From Octopus sinensis (taxonomy: Eukaryota): 64,000 nucleotides of DNA. Position numbers and translations under genes: made by a program. The DNA is taken from contig NC_042999.1 of the NCBI RefSeq assembly GCF_006345805.1, positions 156,550,001-156,614,000 on the forward strand, in the 5' to 3' direction. The notes below the pieces were generated by a model. It made no database searches, was not told the DNA's origin, and saw only the letters and a program-made list of their open reading frames with translations. Shown here in pieces: positions 1 through 11,450 of this stretch; the stretch's first letter is position 1, and every line of letters starts with the position of its first letter.

Positions 1-180
1 TTCCTTATTTACCATCTTTTTCTTTGGACTTATCTGTTTCCAACGAAGAGCTGTGCTCGAAACGTTATCAACAACTCTCGCCCTTCACCGAGCGTCTAAT
101 TAATGCATTTCTTGCGCACGCCCTCACGTTCCTTTCCGTTTTTTTTATTGTTGGTTTATTTGAATTTATATATTCATCCT
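1..180 (+). mobile_element. Diverged PLE-type terminal repeat fragment with a degenerate hammerhead-like motif (36-68)
   Basis: GTTT-CCAACGA-A-GAGC-TGT-GCTC-GAAACGTT, homologous to the motif at 36074-36108; abuts a (TA)n tract. Confidence 0.45.
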
Positions 181-215
181 ACACACAGAGAGAAACATAA
201 ATTTTACATAATGCT

Positions 216-287
216 TATATATATGCATATATTTATGTACAACACATGTATATATTTAAATAGTTATATATGTATATATATATTATA

Positions 288-339
<52 letters not shown>

Positions 340-356
340 CACATATATATACACAT

Positions 357-417
<61 letters not shown>

Positions 418-422
418 TACAT
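216..422. repeat. (TA)n/(CA)n microsatellite
   Basis: Direct inspection; source of the YIYI ORFs. Confidence 0.95.
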
Positions 423-633
423 ATTAAATAATAAAGGTAGAAATTGATATTAATCAATTAACATCAGTGGCTCAGTATATTTAAAAATTCCGAAGATTAA
501 AAATTGTGTAACATACAAAATTTAGAGGACTGACTACTAAAGTGGACAGCCTATTTGCTAAAAATCTCAGCAAAAAATCAAAATGTAAAAATAAGCAAGA
601 CAAATGAAAATATACGAAATAAAAAACGATTAC

Positions 634-707
634 CTATGTACCATTGGTTTCACTTGTTAATATTTACGTATATGAACACGCAAATATCTGCAAGATCGTC
701 AGCATAG
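634..707 (-). ncRNA. Type I hammerhead ribozyme (family 1, copy 1)
   Basis: Minus strand: CTATG CTGACGA TCTTG...(long stem II)...CAAGT GAAAC CAATG GTA CATAG; stem I CTATG/CATAG, GUA triplet; first stem II pair is U-U. Confidence 0.7.
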
Positions 708-1165
708 TCTGTCGTTTACAAAACATAATTTCCAGAACTAAATACAGAACGCTCAACCGAAATCCAGTTTGTATAAAAGTTCTACAAATTATATTTAGGT
801 GTATCTTTCAAATGCCTTCACTCTGGTGCGCTGAGATCGGAAATTACTCTGCAGTTAATAAATTCCAGCAGCACATTTTCACCGGTTAGAGAACATATTT
901 TATTTAAAATTAAATAATAAGGGTAGAAATTGATATTAATCAATTAAAACGAGTGGGTTAGCATATCTAAAAAATCCGAAGATTAAGAATTGTGTTACAC
1001 ACTAAATTTAGAGGACTGACCACTAAAGTGGATAGCCTATATGCTAAATATAGACGTCAAATCGCCATTACCACGAATAATATGTTCTCACGAAAAATCT
1101 CAGCAAAAATCAAAATGTAAAAATAAGCAAGACAAATGAAAATATACGAAATAAAAAACGATTAC

Positions 1166-1239
1166 CTATGTACCATTGGTTTCACTTGTTAATATTTACG
1201 TATATGAACACGCAAATATCTGCAAGATCGTCAGCATAG
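1166..1239 (-). ncRNA. Type I hammerhead ribozyme (family 1, copy 2)
   Basis: Appears identical to 634-707, 532 bp away in the same orientation. Confidence 0.7.
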
Positions 1240-2159
1240 TCTGTCGTATTATTTAATTTTAAATAAAAAATGTTCTCTAACCGGTAAATTGGTTGCTGGA
1301 ATTTATTAACTGCAGAATAATTTCCAATCTTAGCAATGCCGATAACAGTAATGACGATAATAATAATAATAATGGTAACTCGGCGTTGATATTGATACTA
1401 GAAATGACGGCAATAATAACAGCAGTATCACGAACGATTCACCTAATACTCCCCTAACCACTACCAGCACTAACTCGTATCTCTGGTTTAAATATAAAGC
1501 GAATAGCAATTCCACATCACTAGCCAGCCACGCACACCATCTAATTAATAGAAAATACAATATAGATTTTCCTGGGCTATAATAGACTCTGGTATCCCAT
1601 GTCTGGGACAGCATTCCGTTTGTGGACTCTGCTTAAAAGAATCCCTCAAAATTTTAACCGATAACTCACCACACTAGCTTAATAAACACAACGAGGCCTT
1701 CACAACGTGTAAGCACAAATTTTTCTGTACTTTTAAATTCTTTCATAAATCTAAATGTAAGCTCACCCCACCCCACGAATAACACCCACATACAACCCTC
1801 TATGATCATTAACGCATCCCCCTCTATATCTCTTCTATCAGCCTTACCTCATTACTTTATAAGATAAATATTAATTCCTTAATTTATTTTTAAACCTTAA
1901 CCTGATAAATCCCCTAATATTTAATTCTAACCCCTAAATAATTCAACATTCAACTAGTTTCTCCAGTCACTACTACCTACACACCCATAATCCTAATGCT
2001 AAAAATAACTCTACAGCCACTGACCTTAGCCAGAACGGACACAAGTATTTACTACTAGATTTCCTCCCCAACATCTATAGACTAGATGGATACCACTGGC
2101 ACCTACTACTCTCTTTAAATTCCTTTCATTTTGCTCTATTTTGCTCTATTTTGTTTATG

Positions 2160-2309
2160 AACCTGTATGATACACATGGACTCGAGTTTCTGGGTATTGA
2201 CCCGTCATAAGCGTGTGCCAACCACCAGTTGTCAATGAAAAGTAGGCTTCCTTTTGCAAATATATATCCTTTTTTCCAGAAACTCGGGTCCGTGTGTATC
2301 ATACAGGTT
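2160..2309 (+). repeat. 34-bp inverted repeat (hairpin) with 82-nt loop
   Basis: 2160-2193 vs 2276-2309; two mismatches, both G-U on the + strand. Confidence 0.85.
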
Positions 2310-2462
2310 GAAGATGGGAAGGATGACTTCCCTTTGGAAATACTGATAGGGCACAGAATGTGTGTCAATAGCCAGCTGCAGGAGGGTCCTCCTGGGGCTA
2401 CAAGCTACAGTAGCATCCACACTTAAAGGTTAGCCACATTTAAGTGGCAAATATACTACACG

Positions 2463-2829
2463 ATATATATATGTATATATACATGTATATATATATGTGT
2501 GTATATATATGCGTATATATATGTATATATATTTATATATATGTATTTATATATATATATATATGTATATATATGTACGTATATATATATGTATGTGTAT
2601 ATATATGTATATATGTACGTGTATATATATATATGCATGTGTATATATATGTATGTATGTATATATATATGTATATAGGCATGAATATATGTATGTATAT
2701 TCATTTATGAATATATATATATATGTATGTGTATATATATGTGTATATATATATGACCGACCATATATATATATATATATATACATACACACACACACAC
2801 ACACACGCATATATATATATATATTATAT

Positions 2830-2872
<43 letters not shown>
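2463..2872. repeat. Degenerate (TA)n/(TATG)n microsatellite
   Basis: Direct inspection. Confidence 0.95.
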
Positions 2873-2873
<1 letters not shown>

Positions 2874-3001
2874 AAATAGTGTACATTTAAACACAAGAGA
2901 AAACTACCTTTAACAGGTAATTTTTACAAACTACAAGAAGCAGTCACAACGACCAAAACCACATTTAGGAAAAATAAAAACTTTTACCTTGTTATTTTTT
3001 A

Positions 3002-3074
3002 ACGGTTATACCTAGGTTTCAGATTTCTTTAGCAAATGAATTAATTTGCTAGGCGAATCCTCATCAGTAACCGT
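3002..3074 (-). ncRNA. Type I hammerhead ribozyme (family 2, copy 1), canonical core
   Basis: ACGGTTA CTGATGA GGATT CGCC TAGCAAAT TAATTC ATTTGCTA AAGA AATCT GAAAC CTAG GTA TAACCGT: 7-bp stem I, extended stem II, palindromic stem III. Confidence 0.85.
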
Positions 3075-3293
3075 GCCATAACAACTAACATATAATTTAT
3101 AGACAAATAACACGTCTCACATCATTATATGTTATAATTTTACGAATATTATTTTATCATTTCGAAGATCGGTTCGGCACTTTCCATTTACTAGCGACTG
3201 AAACTGCGCGTGCGTGGCGAATTTTGAAAAATTATAACATATAATGATGAGATGGTGTTATTTGTCTCTAAATTATATGTTATTTGTTATTGC

Positions 3294-3366
3294 ACAGTTA
3301 CTGATGAGGGTTTGCCGAGCAAATTATTTTATTTACTCAAGAAATCTGAAACTTAGGTATAACCGT
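3294..3366 (+). ncRNA. Type I hammerhead ribozyme (family 2, copy 2)
   Basis: ACAGTTA CTGATGA GGGTT TGCC GAGCAAAT TATTTT ATTTACTC AAGA AATCT GAAAC TTAG GTA TAACCGT; T-A to G-C compensatory change in stem II relative to copy 1. Confidence 0.8.
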
Positions 3367-3849
3367 AAAAAATAACAAGGTAAAAGTTTTTATTTTTCAT
3401 TCCCTACGAAAGTTGCTCTTAAATGTGGTTTTGGTCGTGTAAAAATTACCTGTTAAAGGTAGTTTTCTCCCGTGTTTAAATGTACACTATTTTATATTGA
3501 GGATATTTTGTCTATTGACTTTATATATATGCAAGGCCACTGGTGGTGAAATTTCTATAAATATTCGCCACCCTATATATATTTTATGAATATGATTTTA
3601 GCATTTCTTTACTGCCCTGTTTTGGCAGGGCATTAAGTAGCTGAGGTCCTCTGAAACCGAGGCTGTTGCAGTACCTTGTTCTTATGTGAAATGCAGTGGA
3701 CGGTACTCTTGGTACTATGCAGTGGCGACCTGTGCGGGCATTTGTGTAGTACTTGATGCTAAAGTTTGGTACCAGTCCTTACAGTATTTTCCATATGTAA
3801 ATTATTACATATCGCTCCCACCTGCGCTCCAGGGAGTAGAGACTTAGAT

Positions 3850-3958
3850 GTATGTGTATATATTTATATATATGTATATGTGTATGTATATATATGTATA
3901 TATATATATGTATGTGTGTATGTATAAATATATATATATATAGGTATATATGCATATA

Positions 3959-3996
<38 letters not shown>

Positions 3997-4005
3997 GTAT
4001 ATATA

Positions 4006-4058
<53 letters not shown>

Positions 4059-4163
4059 GCTATATGTAAATATATATATATATATATATAATATATATAT
4101 ATATATTATATATATGTATATTATATATAGGTATATGTTTATATATATATCTGTAGGTATATA

Positions 4164-4215
<52 letters not shown>

Positions 4216-4270
4216 TATATATGCATATATATATGTATATATAGGTATCTGTGTGTATATATATATATAT
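3850..4270. repeat. Degenerate (TA)n microsatellite
   Basis: Direct inspection. Confidence 0.95.
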
Positions 4271-7026
4271 CTGTTTACTTCAAGGCTTATATAAGTTGGA
4301 CGAGTGCTCTGCAATGCAGTATCACCCTGAACCTTTTCCATCTTACTGTAATTCTCAACACTATTTTTATCACTGCTAACCAGTTCTTCTCTCTAAGAGA
4401 AGCTATAAACTGCTTTTATAGTCCTTTAAACACTACAAGTAATTCATTTGATTTTGTATATATATCAAAAGCACAGACTGTATTCCCCATGAACCTGTCC
4501 TTATATGAAGTATCATATACGGTACACTTATGAAACTTCTACCCACTTCTGGAAACATGGACATACTGAGTGCAACAATTTCCTTGGTTGTATCAAACCC
4601 GTCTTTTGTAATTACTAAAGCTTAAGACTTCACTAAGTTTAGTCAGAGACCGATCGATTCTAGATTTTGTACGCATGTCTGGAACTTTTTCTTCAAGTCT
4701 TCCACAGTTTCTGCTATAAAAGGTGGGACATCAGATCATCAGTATATAGAATCTCACATGGGCAACCGGGTTACACACATACACATTTGCGCACATACAG
4801 AAATATACACACACTCACTCACAAACATAAAATCACGCATGAAATCATATAAACAAAAATATATCCTGGAAATGAACAGTAATTATATGAACTGATTTTC
4901 TGTACAACCTAAGGTTGGAGAAAATACAGACAACAAATGTTATACAGCTAAAAAAAAATTGATTAAAAATAAAGATTAGCCACATTCCGCAGACACGAAA
5001 TAAGGAAATAACCCACCAAAAAAGAAATTAGCTCTGCATGAGAGCATCTGTTGAGATATGAAAGAAATCAAAAATGATTTTCTTATGTATCTAGTCCTAT
5101 TAGCATTACAAATGGTACGGTATGTCTTATTCAACCCAAGAACCAGCTGACAAGACATGCGCTCTTCAGTGAAACTAAGGTATTTAAATAACTAAAGCTA
5201 TGTTAAAGTCACATCAACTATTTTAAAATCATTGATAATGTAGAGTCAAAAAGAATACTATTATAGCCTAGCAATTTTGAACAGTATTTGTTGGTAAATA
5301 AAGTGTTTAACTAAAGTAGTATAAAACATAAGTAGCATCTGTTGAGGCTTATGAAGCAATAAAACCAGATACACAAAGCACTTTAAAGCACAACAAAGTT
5401 TAAAATGAGGTGTATATGTTTTTCTCCTAATTTGATAAAAAAAAAAGACGTATTCAAGTTATTCTCAAGCTCTTTGGCTGATTCGACTTTCATTAACATT
5501 CTAGCATATCATATAAAATATAAAATATTGTTAAAATCATGTTTGCATGTAATCTATACCACCCAGTATAATAGGCCGTCTACTTTCCTTTTTGTGCCAA
5601 TTAAAATGGACGAAATAATATTAGTCAATATCAGTTCTCTCGTGCTAGATAATGTGTCGTGATTCGAAAGTGAATAATATTTGTTTGATAGAGGGCACAC
5701 AATATAACGACATATTTGCAATTAGCATACGCCATTAGATGAATCGGAAGTACATTATCTGGTAATATATCAGTCGGCACTTAAGATAGTTCCGCCTTTT
5801 GACGAAATGGTTTCCAACCAATATTTTATTGCATTAGGGAACAAAATCCGAATATTTTTAGTGTTGAAATGAAGCTTTGCTTCGCAAACAGCTTATCTAA
5901 TGAACGTTCTTGATTTCCTTCTGCTACTAGTTATATAAACAGAAGAATAATGATTATGAAGCAAGCAAATCTGAAGAAAAAATATCTTGTAAATATTAAT
6001 GCAAAATTTTCAGTAAATACAATGAGTTAACCTAAGAACTGCCTGTGACGCTCGCAAAATATGTTTACTATTAGAAATACATATAAACATATAAGTATAA
6101 GACCAATTAATATCAAACTAAGGCAAACACAGAGAAGGCTACATTTTGCTGAGCAGATTTAACTAGACGGCAACATGCCCGAAGTTGATAATCATACTTG
6201 CCGAAATCAGATTAAAACGTTATTAGCCCTTGAGCTAGCACTTCAGTCTCCTACAAATTCTTCAATACAATAATTTCAGAGGCACTAACTTGACGGGGTT
6301 TTTTTTTCCGTGGGTGGCATCTGAGGGTAATTTACCATAGTCTAGTCTATGACTGTCATTCTGATAATGTCATATAGCACAGTCATGTACTTGTTGATGT
6401 TATTTGGTCGTCTTTATTTGAGTGGACTTATGCAACAGAAATAACTAATCAAACACTTGTTAGTAATTTACAATACCGGTATCATGGATATTTCATTCTT
6501 CGTATTGTCCTACGATTATATTGTATATTCCGTCATACAGAGAATGATTGTTGGGCTGCTTTGTAGTATGGCAGCACGGTAGTAAAAACGGGTAACTCCA
6601 TTCTCCCATAGATAGGCGGTTTGGGTCAAGAATAAGTGTCCAATAATTATGAATAACAAAACGTATAAGAAACATTTGTCAACTCAAACGTGTTAAGACT
6701 TGCTGAAGCAATCGTCTACAATGGACTGTACATTTATTTGTCATTACTTGCATATATGATGGGTTATACTATAAGAAAGAAGTAAGGTCTTTCTTATAAT
6801 ATTTATTAAATAAATTTCTAAAAGTGAATAATTTTTTAAATATGATTATTTCCTCAATAAATTCCTTCAAATTTGCTTCAGTTCATTTACAGGTGCACAA
6901 GTTCTTAAAACCTTTAAATAAATAAAAAATAATATGTAATTTGAACAATTGCAGCGTGAAAGGTGTTTGTAAGCCATTTAAGAAACACACAAAAGCCGTT
7001 CGATTCACTTCAACATTTAAGTTTAA

Positions 7027-7077
7027 TTTGTCAAAATATTTTCGTCGCTTTAAGACCGCGACCTGTTCACTGACAAA
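7027..7077 (-). ncRNA. Variant minimal type I hammerhead (family 3) with G3-C8 swapped core
   Basis: TTTGTCA GTGAACA G GTCGC GGTCTTAAA GCGAC GAA AATATT T TGACAAA: 7-bp stem I, 5-bp stem II, palindromic stem III. Confidence 0.6.
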
Positions 7078-7363
7078 AATCCGTGCTGTAATTTGGTTTT
7101 CAATACCCTATAAAATGCACAAAACTTATGGTTAAATTAATTAGCAACGGAACTCTAAGAACTATTTTCAAGCCCAGATTAGGTAATATTTAGACTTTAG
7201 ATATAATTACTTTAAAAAAGCATTAAATTAGAATTTAGATCATGAATTCCATCAACATATAATTCTTGCTTCATTTTGCAGACAATTTTGATGTCTCTTA
7301 TAGTAACCGTGTCAATATAATGAATTATATTACTTTTTACAACTGCACACACATACATTCGTG

Positions 7364-7367
<4 letters not shown>

Positions 7368-7448
<81 letters not shown>
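7368..7448. repeat. (TG)n microsatellite
   Basis: Direct inspection. Confidence 0.97.
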
Positions 7449-7451
<3 letters not shown>

Positions 7452-8129
7452 CACGTGTTTTCTAAATATTTCAAATAAAAATTACTCTTAAAAAATCTAG
7501 ATATAAAATATAATAATTTTAATTTTCAGATAACTAGATTTGATAAAATATTATTTTCTGAATGCATTCAATCTAAAGTCCCTAAACACATGTTAAATCT
7601 AATTAATAAATCTTTACAGAAGGATATTTTCTTTTCTGAAAATTTAATATAGCTTAATCGGGAGAGAAATAACGAAGCTCATCGTTAAAAATTAAATGCT
7701 ATAAATTTCTCTTGGGAGAAGTTGCAAATATGGCAGTAATTTTGATGAAAATAATTAATAATTATGGTAATAATAAAATATTCACCGAACAAATAAATTC
7801 AAATAACACACACTCAGGCATATTTATTGTCCCTTTCTGTATAACATTTATATAAGGCAGAAAGCAACATTACAAAATATATGCATGTTAAAGCATCTAA
7901 TTTAGATAAAAGTCATCAATTTATCCTTATGAAAAATCGATTAACTATTTGGGACGATTTGTTGTTTATAAGATTATAATTAATTAAACAATGCTTCAAT
8001 CTTTATTTACAATAGTCATGTACATTTATACTACATTTTGGTTTCAGATCATTAACATGTCTTATTTCTGCTTATGTACATTTTTTAAAACCAAATTTGA
8101 ACTAGGAACCATTATTTTTTTTACAAAGC

Positions 8130-8537
8130 ATAGCTGTGTGGTAAGTAGCTTGCTAACCAACCACATGGTTCCGGGTTCAGTCCCACTGCGTGGCATCTTG
8201 GGCAAGTGTCTTCTGGTATAGCCTCGGGCCAACCAATGCCTTGTGAGTGGATTTGGTAGACGGAAACTGAAAGAAGCCTGTCGTATATATGTATATATAT
8301 ATATATATGTATGTGTGTGTTTGTGTGTCTGTGTTTGTCCCACTAGCATTGCTTGACAACCGATGCTGGTGTGTTTACGTCCCCGTCACTTAGCGGTTCG
8401 GCAAAAGAGACCGATAGAATAGGTACTGGGCTTACAAAGAATAAGTCCCGGGGTCGATTTGCTCGACTAAAGGCGGTGCTCCAGCATGGCCGCAGTCAAA
8501 TGACTGAAACATGTAAAAGAGTAAAAGAGTAAAGAGT
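8130..8537 (+). mobile_element. tRNA-derived SINE, family A
   Basis: Head with A/B-box-like TGTGTGGTAAG...GGTTCAGTCCC, internal TA/TG tract, (AAAAGAGT)n tail; near-identical to 23848-24257 and 63779-64000. Confidence 0.85.
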
Positions 8538-9099
8538 ATTCCTTATGGCACTTGAATATGTGCCAGTAGATAGTGACTACACCACATTGAAAGACAGAGT
8601 TTAGAAATAATGGTCCCAACTGGAACTAGATACGTATTTAGGAATAAGACAACGAGCACATCAAATAGATCGAAAGGTGGTGTATATAAAAATATCATTA
8701 CGGTTTTATTGTGGGTTCGAATATACCTCAAATGTATTTGAACTGGTAATAAGTCTGTATTTATAAACATCATTATACATTTTAAAGATAAGATCAACTG
8801 CTATACACTTTAAAGAGAACAAAGTACAGCTTTACCATTAAACATACACACATGCATACAAACGCATACATAAACACATAAATACAATCTGTAAGTGGAA
8901 CTGTAAAAATATGCAAGATTTTTCTCAATTTTCAATATGATATTGTTTTTATAATCTACATTCCAACGATAGAGCTTTGTATTTTTGTTAGGAACCGCTC
9001 TTTCTTCAATAAAAAAGAAAAGAACATGCACACTTTAAATACGGCTAAACACGCGCGTACGCACACACGTACACACACAGGCATGTATGTATATATAAA

Positions 9100-9434
9100 G
9101 AACCCCTTCGGTCAAGAATGACTATGGGATTGTGCATAGAAAGTTCCCCTCCTAGGTACAAGCCCGAGCAAAGTTGTTTATGGAAGACCAGCAGTCACCT
9201 ATGCATACAAGCTTCCTCTCTCTACGCCACCGATGTTATTCAAGAGAGAGGCAAAGGGGCCGATAGAGCTTGGCACCAGTGACGTCGCAACTCATTTCTA
9301 CAACTGAGTGAACTAGAGCAACGGGAAATAAAGTATCTTGCTCAAGAACACCATACACAGCCCGATCCAGGAATCAAACTCACAACCTCGTGATTGTGAC
9401 CCCGACGCTCAAACCACTGAGTCATGCACCTTCA
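9100..9434 (-). mobile_element. tRNA-derived SINE, family D (CORE-like central segment)
   Basis: Minus strand TGACTCAGTGG...GAGTTTGATTCC followed by GTGTTCTTGAGCAAGATACTT; single diverged copy here. Confidence 0.6.
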
Positions 9435-10767
9435 CACATACAGACACACATTTGTGTGTGTGTGTGTGTGTATAGTAAAGCCATATACAGGCTATTCTGT
9501 ATAGAATCTTTTTCCAGTTAGTCTTATTTCAGTTACATATGGAAAAACAAGATTTTCATTAAATACCTAAAGGTACAATACACGCAATATAGTTTCAATG
9601 AAAACCTGCAATGACAGGCTGCTTCTCAAAGAGCCTATCAGAAGTAACGAACCAACTGGAAGCAGTAGCAACCGTTTCTAATTTAGGCACAAACCCAGTA
9701 ATTTTGAAGGATGAGAATTAGTCGATACCATCGAATGTAGAAAGTCGGAAGATTTACCGCAAACATTTATCCGATGTTCTAAAAGTTTGCCAACTCCCCC
9801 TTCACTGGATACAATAATAAATGCTTTTAAATGAGTCCCAAAGTCAGCATTTCTAGGGGAGGATTTAGTCGATGTTAATACAAGCAGTTTCAGTACTTGA
9901 CTGGTACATTATTTTGAAAGACAAAGAACTAAAAAGAATATCACAAAGCAACTTTTCCTGGCTGACTAGCGATTCTGCCAATCCATTACCTTTTGGAAGA
10001 GAAAATAATACAAATAGTAAAAGTATAGATCGAAGAGAATACAGCAGGTGTATATTTAAGGGGAGGACAAATATATCAAATTAAAAAGTTATTGTATGCT
10101 ACAATAGAATACATAGAGTAATAAGTTATATGTCAATGTAAGAAAGCAATTTCTATGTTTGAAATACATTACTCCTAATTGAGAAGTCCTTGATTAAAAG
10201 CTCAACTAATTAATATAACATAAATCCAAAATCCTAAGAATTACATGTAGGCCTCCCTCGACATAAAAGTATAAAAAGAGAGATGTAAAATCCATGCATT
10301 ATCTGTTTGGAATACTTAAGACTTTAACAAGTTTAGGTGAGTGAAATACAAAGACTTATCGCGGCAGAATTTAAATTAAAATTGTCGTAAGACATAACTG
10401 AATCTTTTTTGCAAGGCATTTTATTGTCACTCTGCAGTTTATGCTTCTTCATTACCCTTACCCGCCTTAATAATGACTCTAGACCACACATGTTGAGGAG
10501 TGGTGTGGTCGATCACTTATTTTTAACCCCAAAACTGGGCATCGCTGGATCTCTGATATAAACGTAATTATAATTTAATAATCCAGTCATTAGATAGATG
10601 TATCAATATTGACACTTCGCTATTAAAAATTCGTCACTTTTAGAATATAGTTGTTATTAAACTCCCCAGCAGTCAAGCAAAAGTCTTACAAATTACCTCA
10701 CATAGAACATAAGTTGTCAATAAATTAATCATTTAATTTTCTAATCCAAAAAGCTCTAATCAAACTG

Positions 10768-11035
10768 CTCTTTTATTCTTTTACTTGTTTCAGTTATTTG
10801 ACTGCGGCCATGCTGGAGCACAGCCTTAAAGGGATTTTTAGTAACAGATATCACCCCTGGACTTTTTTTTGTAAGCCCAGTACTTATTCTATCAGTTTTA
10901 ATTGTCTTTCATGTTTTAGTCTAAGTTGAAAAAGTCGCAAAGTCTGAAACTGGTACTAAAATGTTCTTCATCATAAAATTATTTTAGCATGTCTACCTTG
11001 TTTTATTTTCCTTATACATATCAACTTGTGTGTTC

Positions 11036-11077
<42 letters not shown>

Positions 11078-11250
11078 CATATATACGACAAGCTTCTTTC
11101 AGTTTCTGTCTACCAAATCCACTCACAAGGCTTTGGTCGGTCCAAGAGTATAGTAGAAGGCATTTGCCCAAAGTGCCACGTAGTGGGACTGAATTCGGAA
11201 CAATGTGGTTGGGAAGCAAACTTCTTACCACACAGTTATGCCTGCGCCTT
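10768..11250 (-). mobile_element. Diverged SINE family A with unrelated internal segment
   Basis: Tail at 10768-10895 and head at ~11040-11250 match the reverse complement of 8130-8537. Confidence 0.75.
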
Positions 11251-11450
11251 TTTAAAGCCATTTCTATGAACTTATCTATAAAATAGAACTAATCCACGCG
11301 AGAAAATCATGACAGAAATTTTAAAATATTTTAATTTTATGGCGAAGTAAAGAGAAAACAAAGAAAATGTACTCTTGAAATATAGGCATTGTAAAGGACC
11401 AAATTAAAAAATGTCAACATTAAAAGTTCTTTTGAAGTGTTTATGCTTAA

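Larger units (their letters stand above)
422..1335 (-). mobile_element. Penelope-like pseudo-LTR cluster: two tandem copies plus an inverted partial copy
   Basis: 422-716 recurs at ~909-1247 (with an insertion); 1245-1335 is the reverse complement of ~829-918; each tandem unit carries a type I HHR. Confidence 0.7.
2869..3497. mobile_element. Inverted pair of ~270-bp PLE-type pseudo-LTRs, each with an HHR
   Basis: 2869-3142 is the diverged reverse complement of 3227-3497; ~85-bp spacer. Confidence 0.75.

Noticed and set aside
3640-3665. CTGAGG...GAAAC motif
   Set aside because: A9 is missing and no stem II forms.
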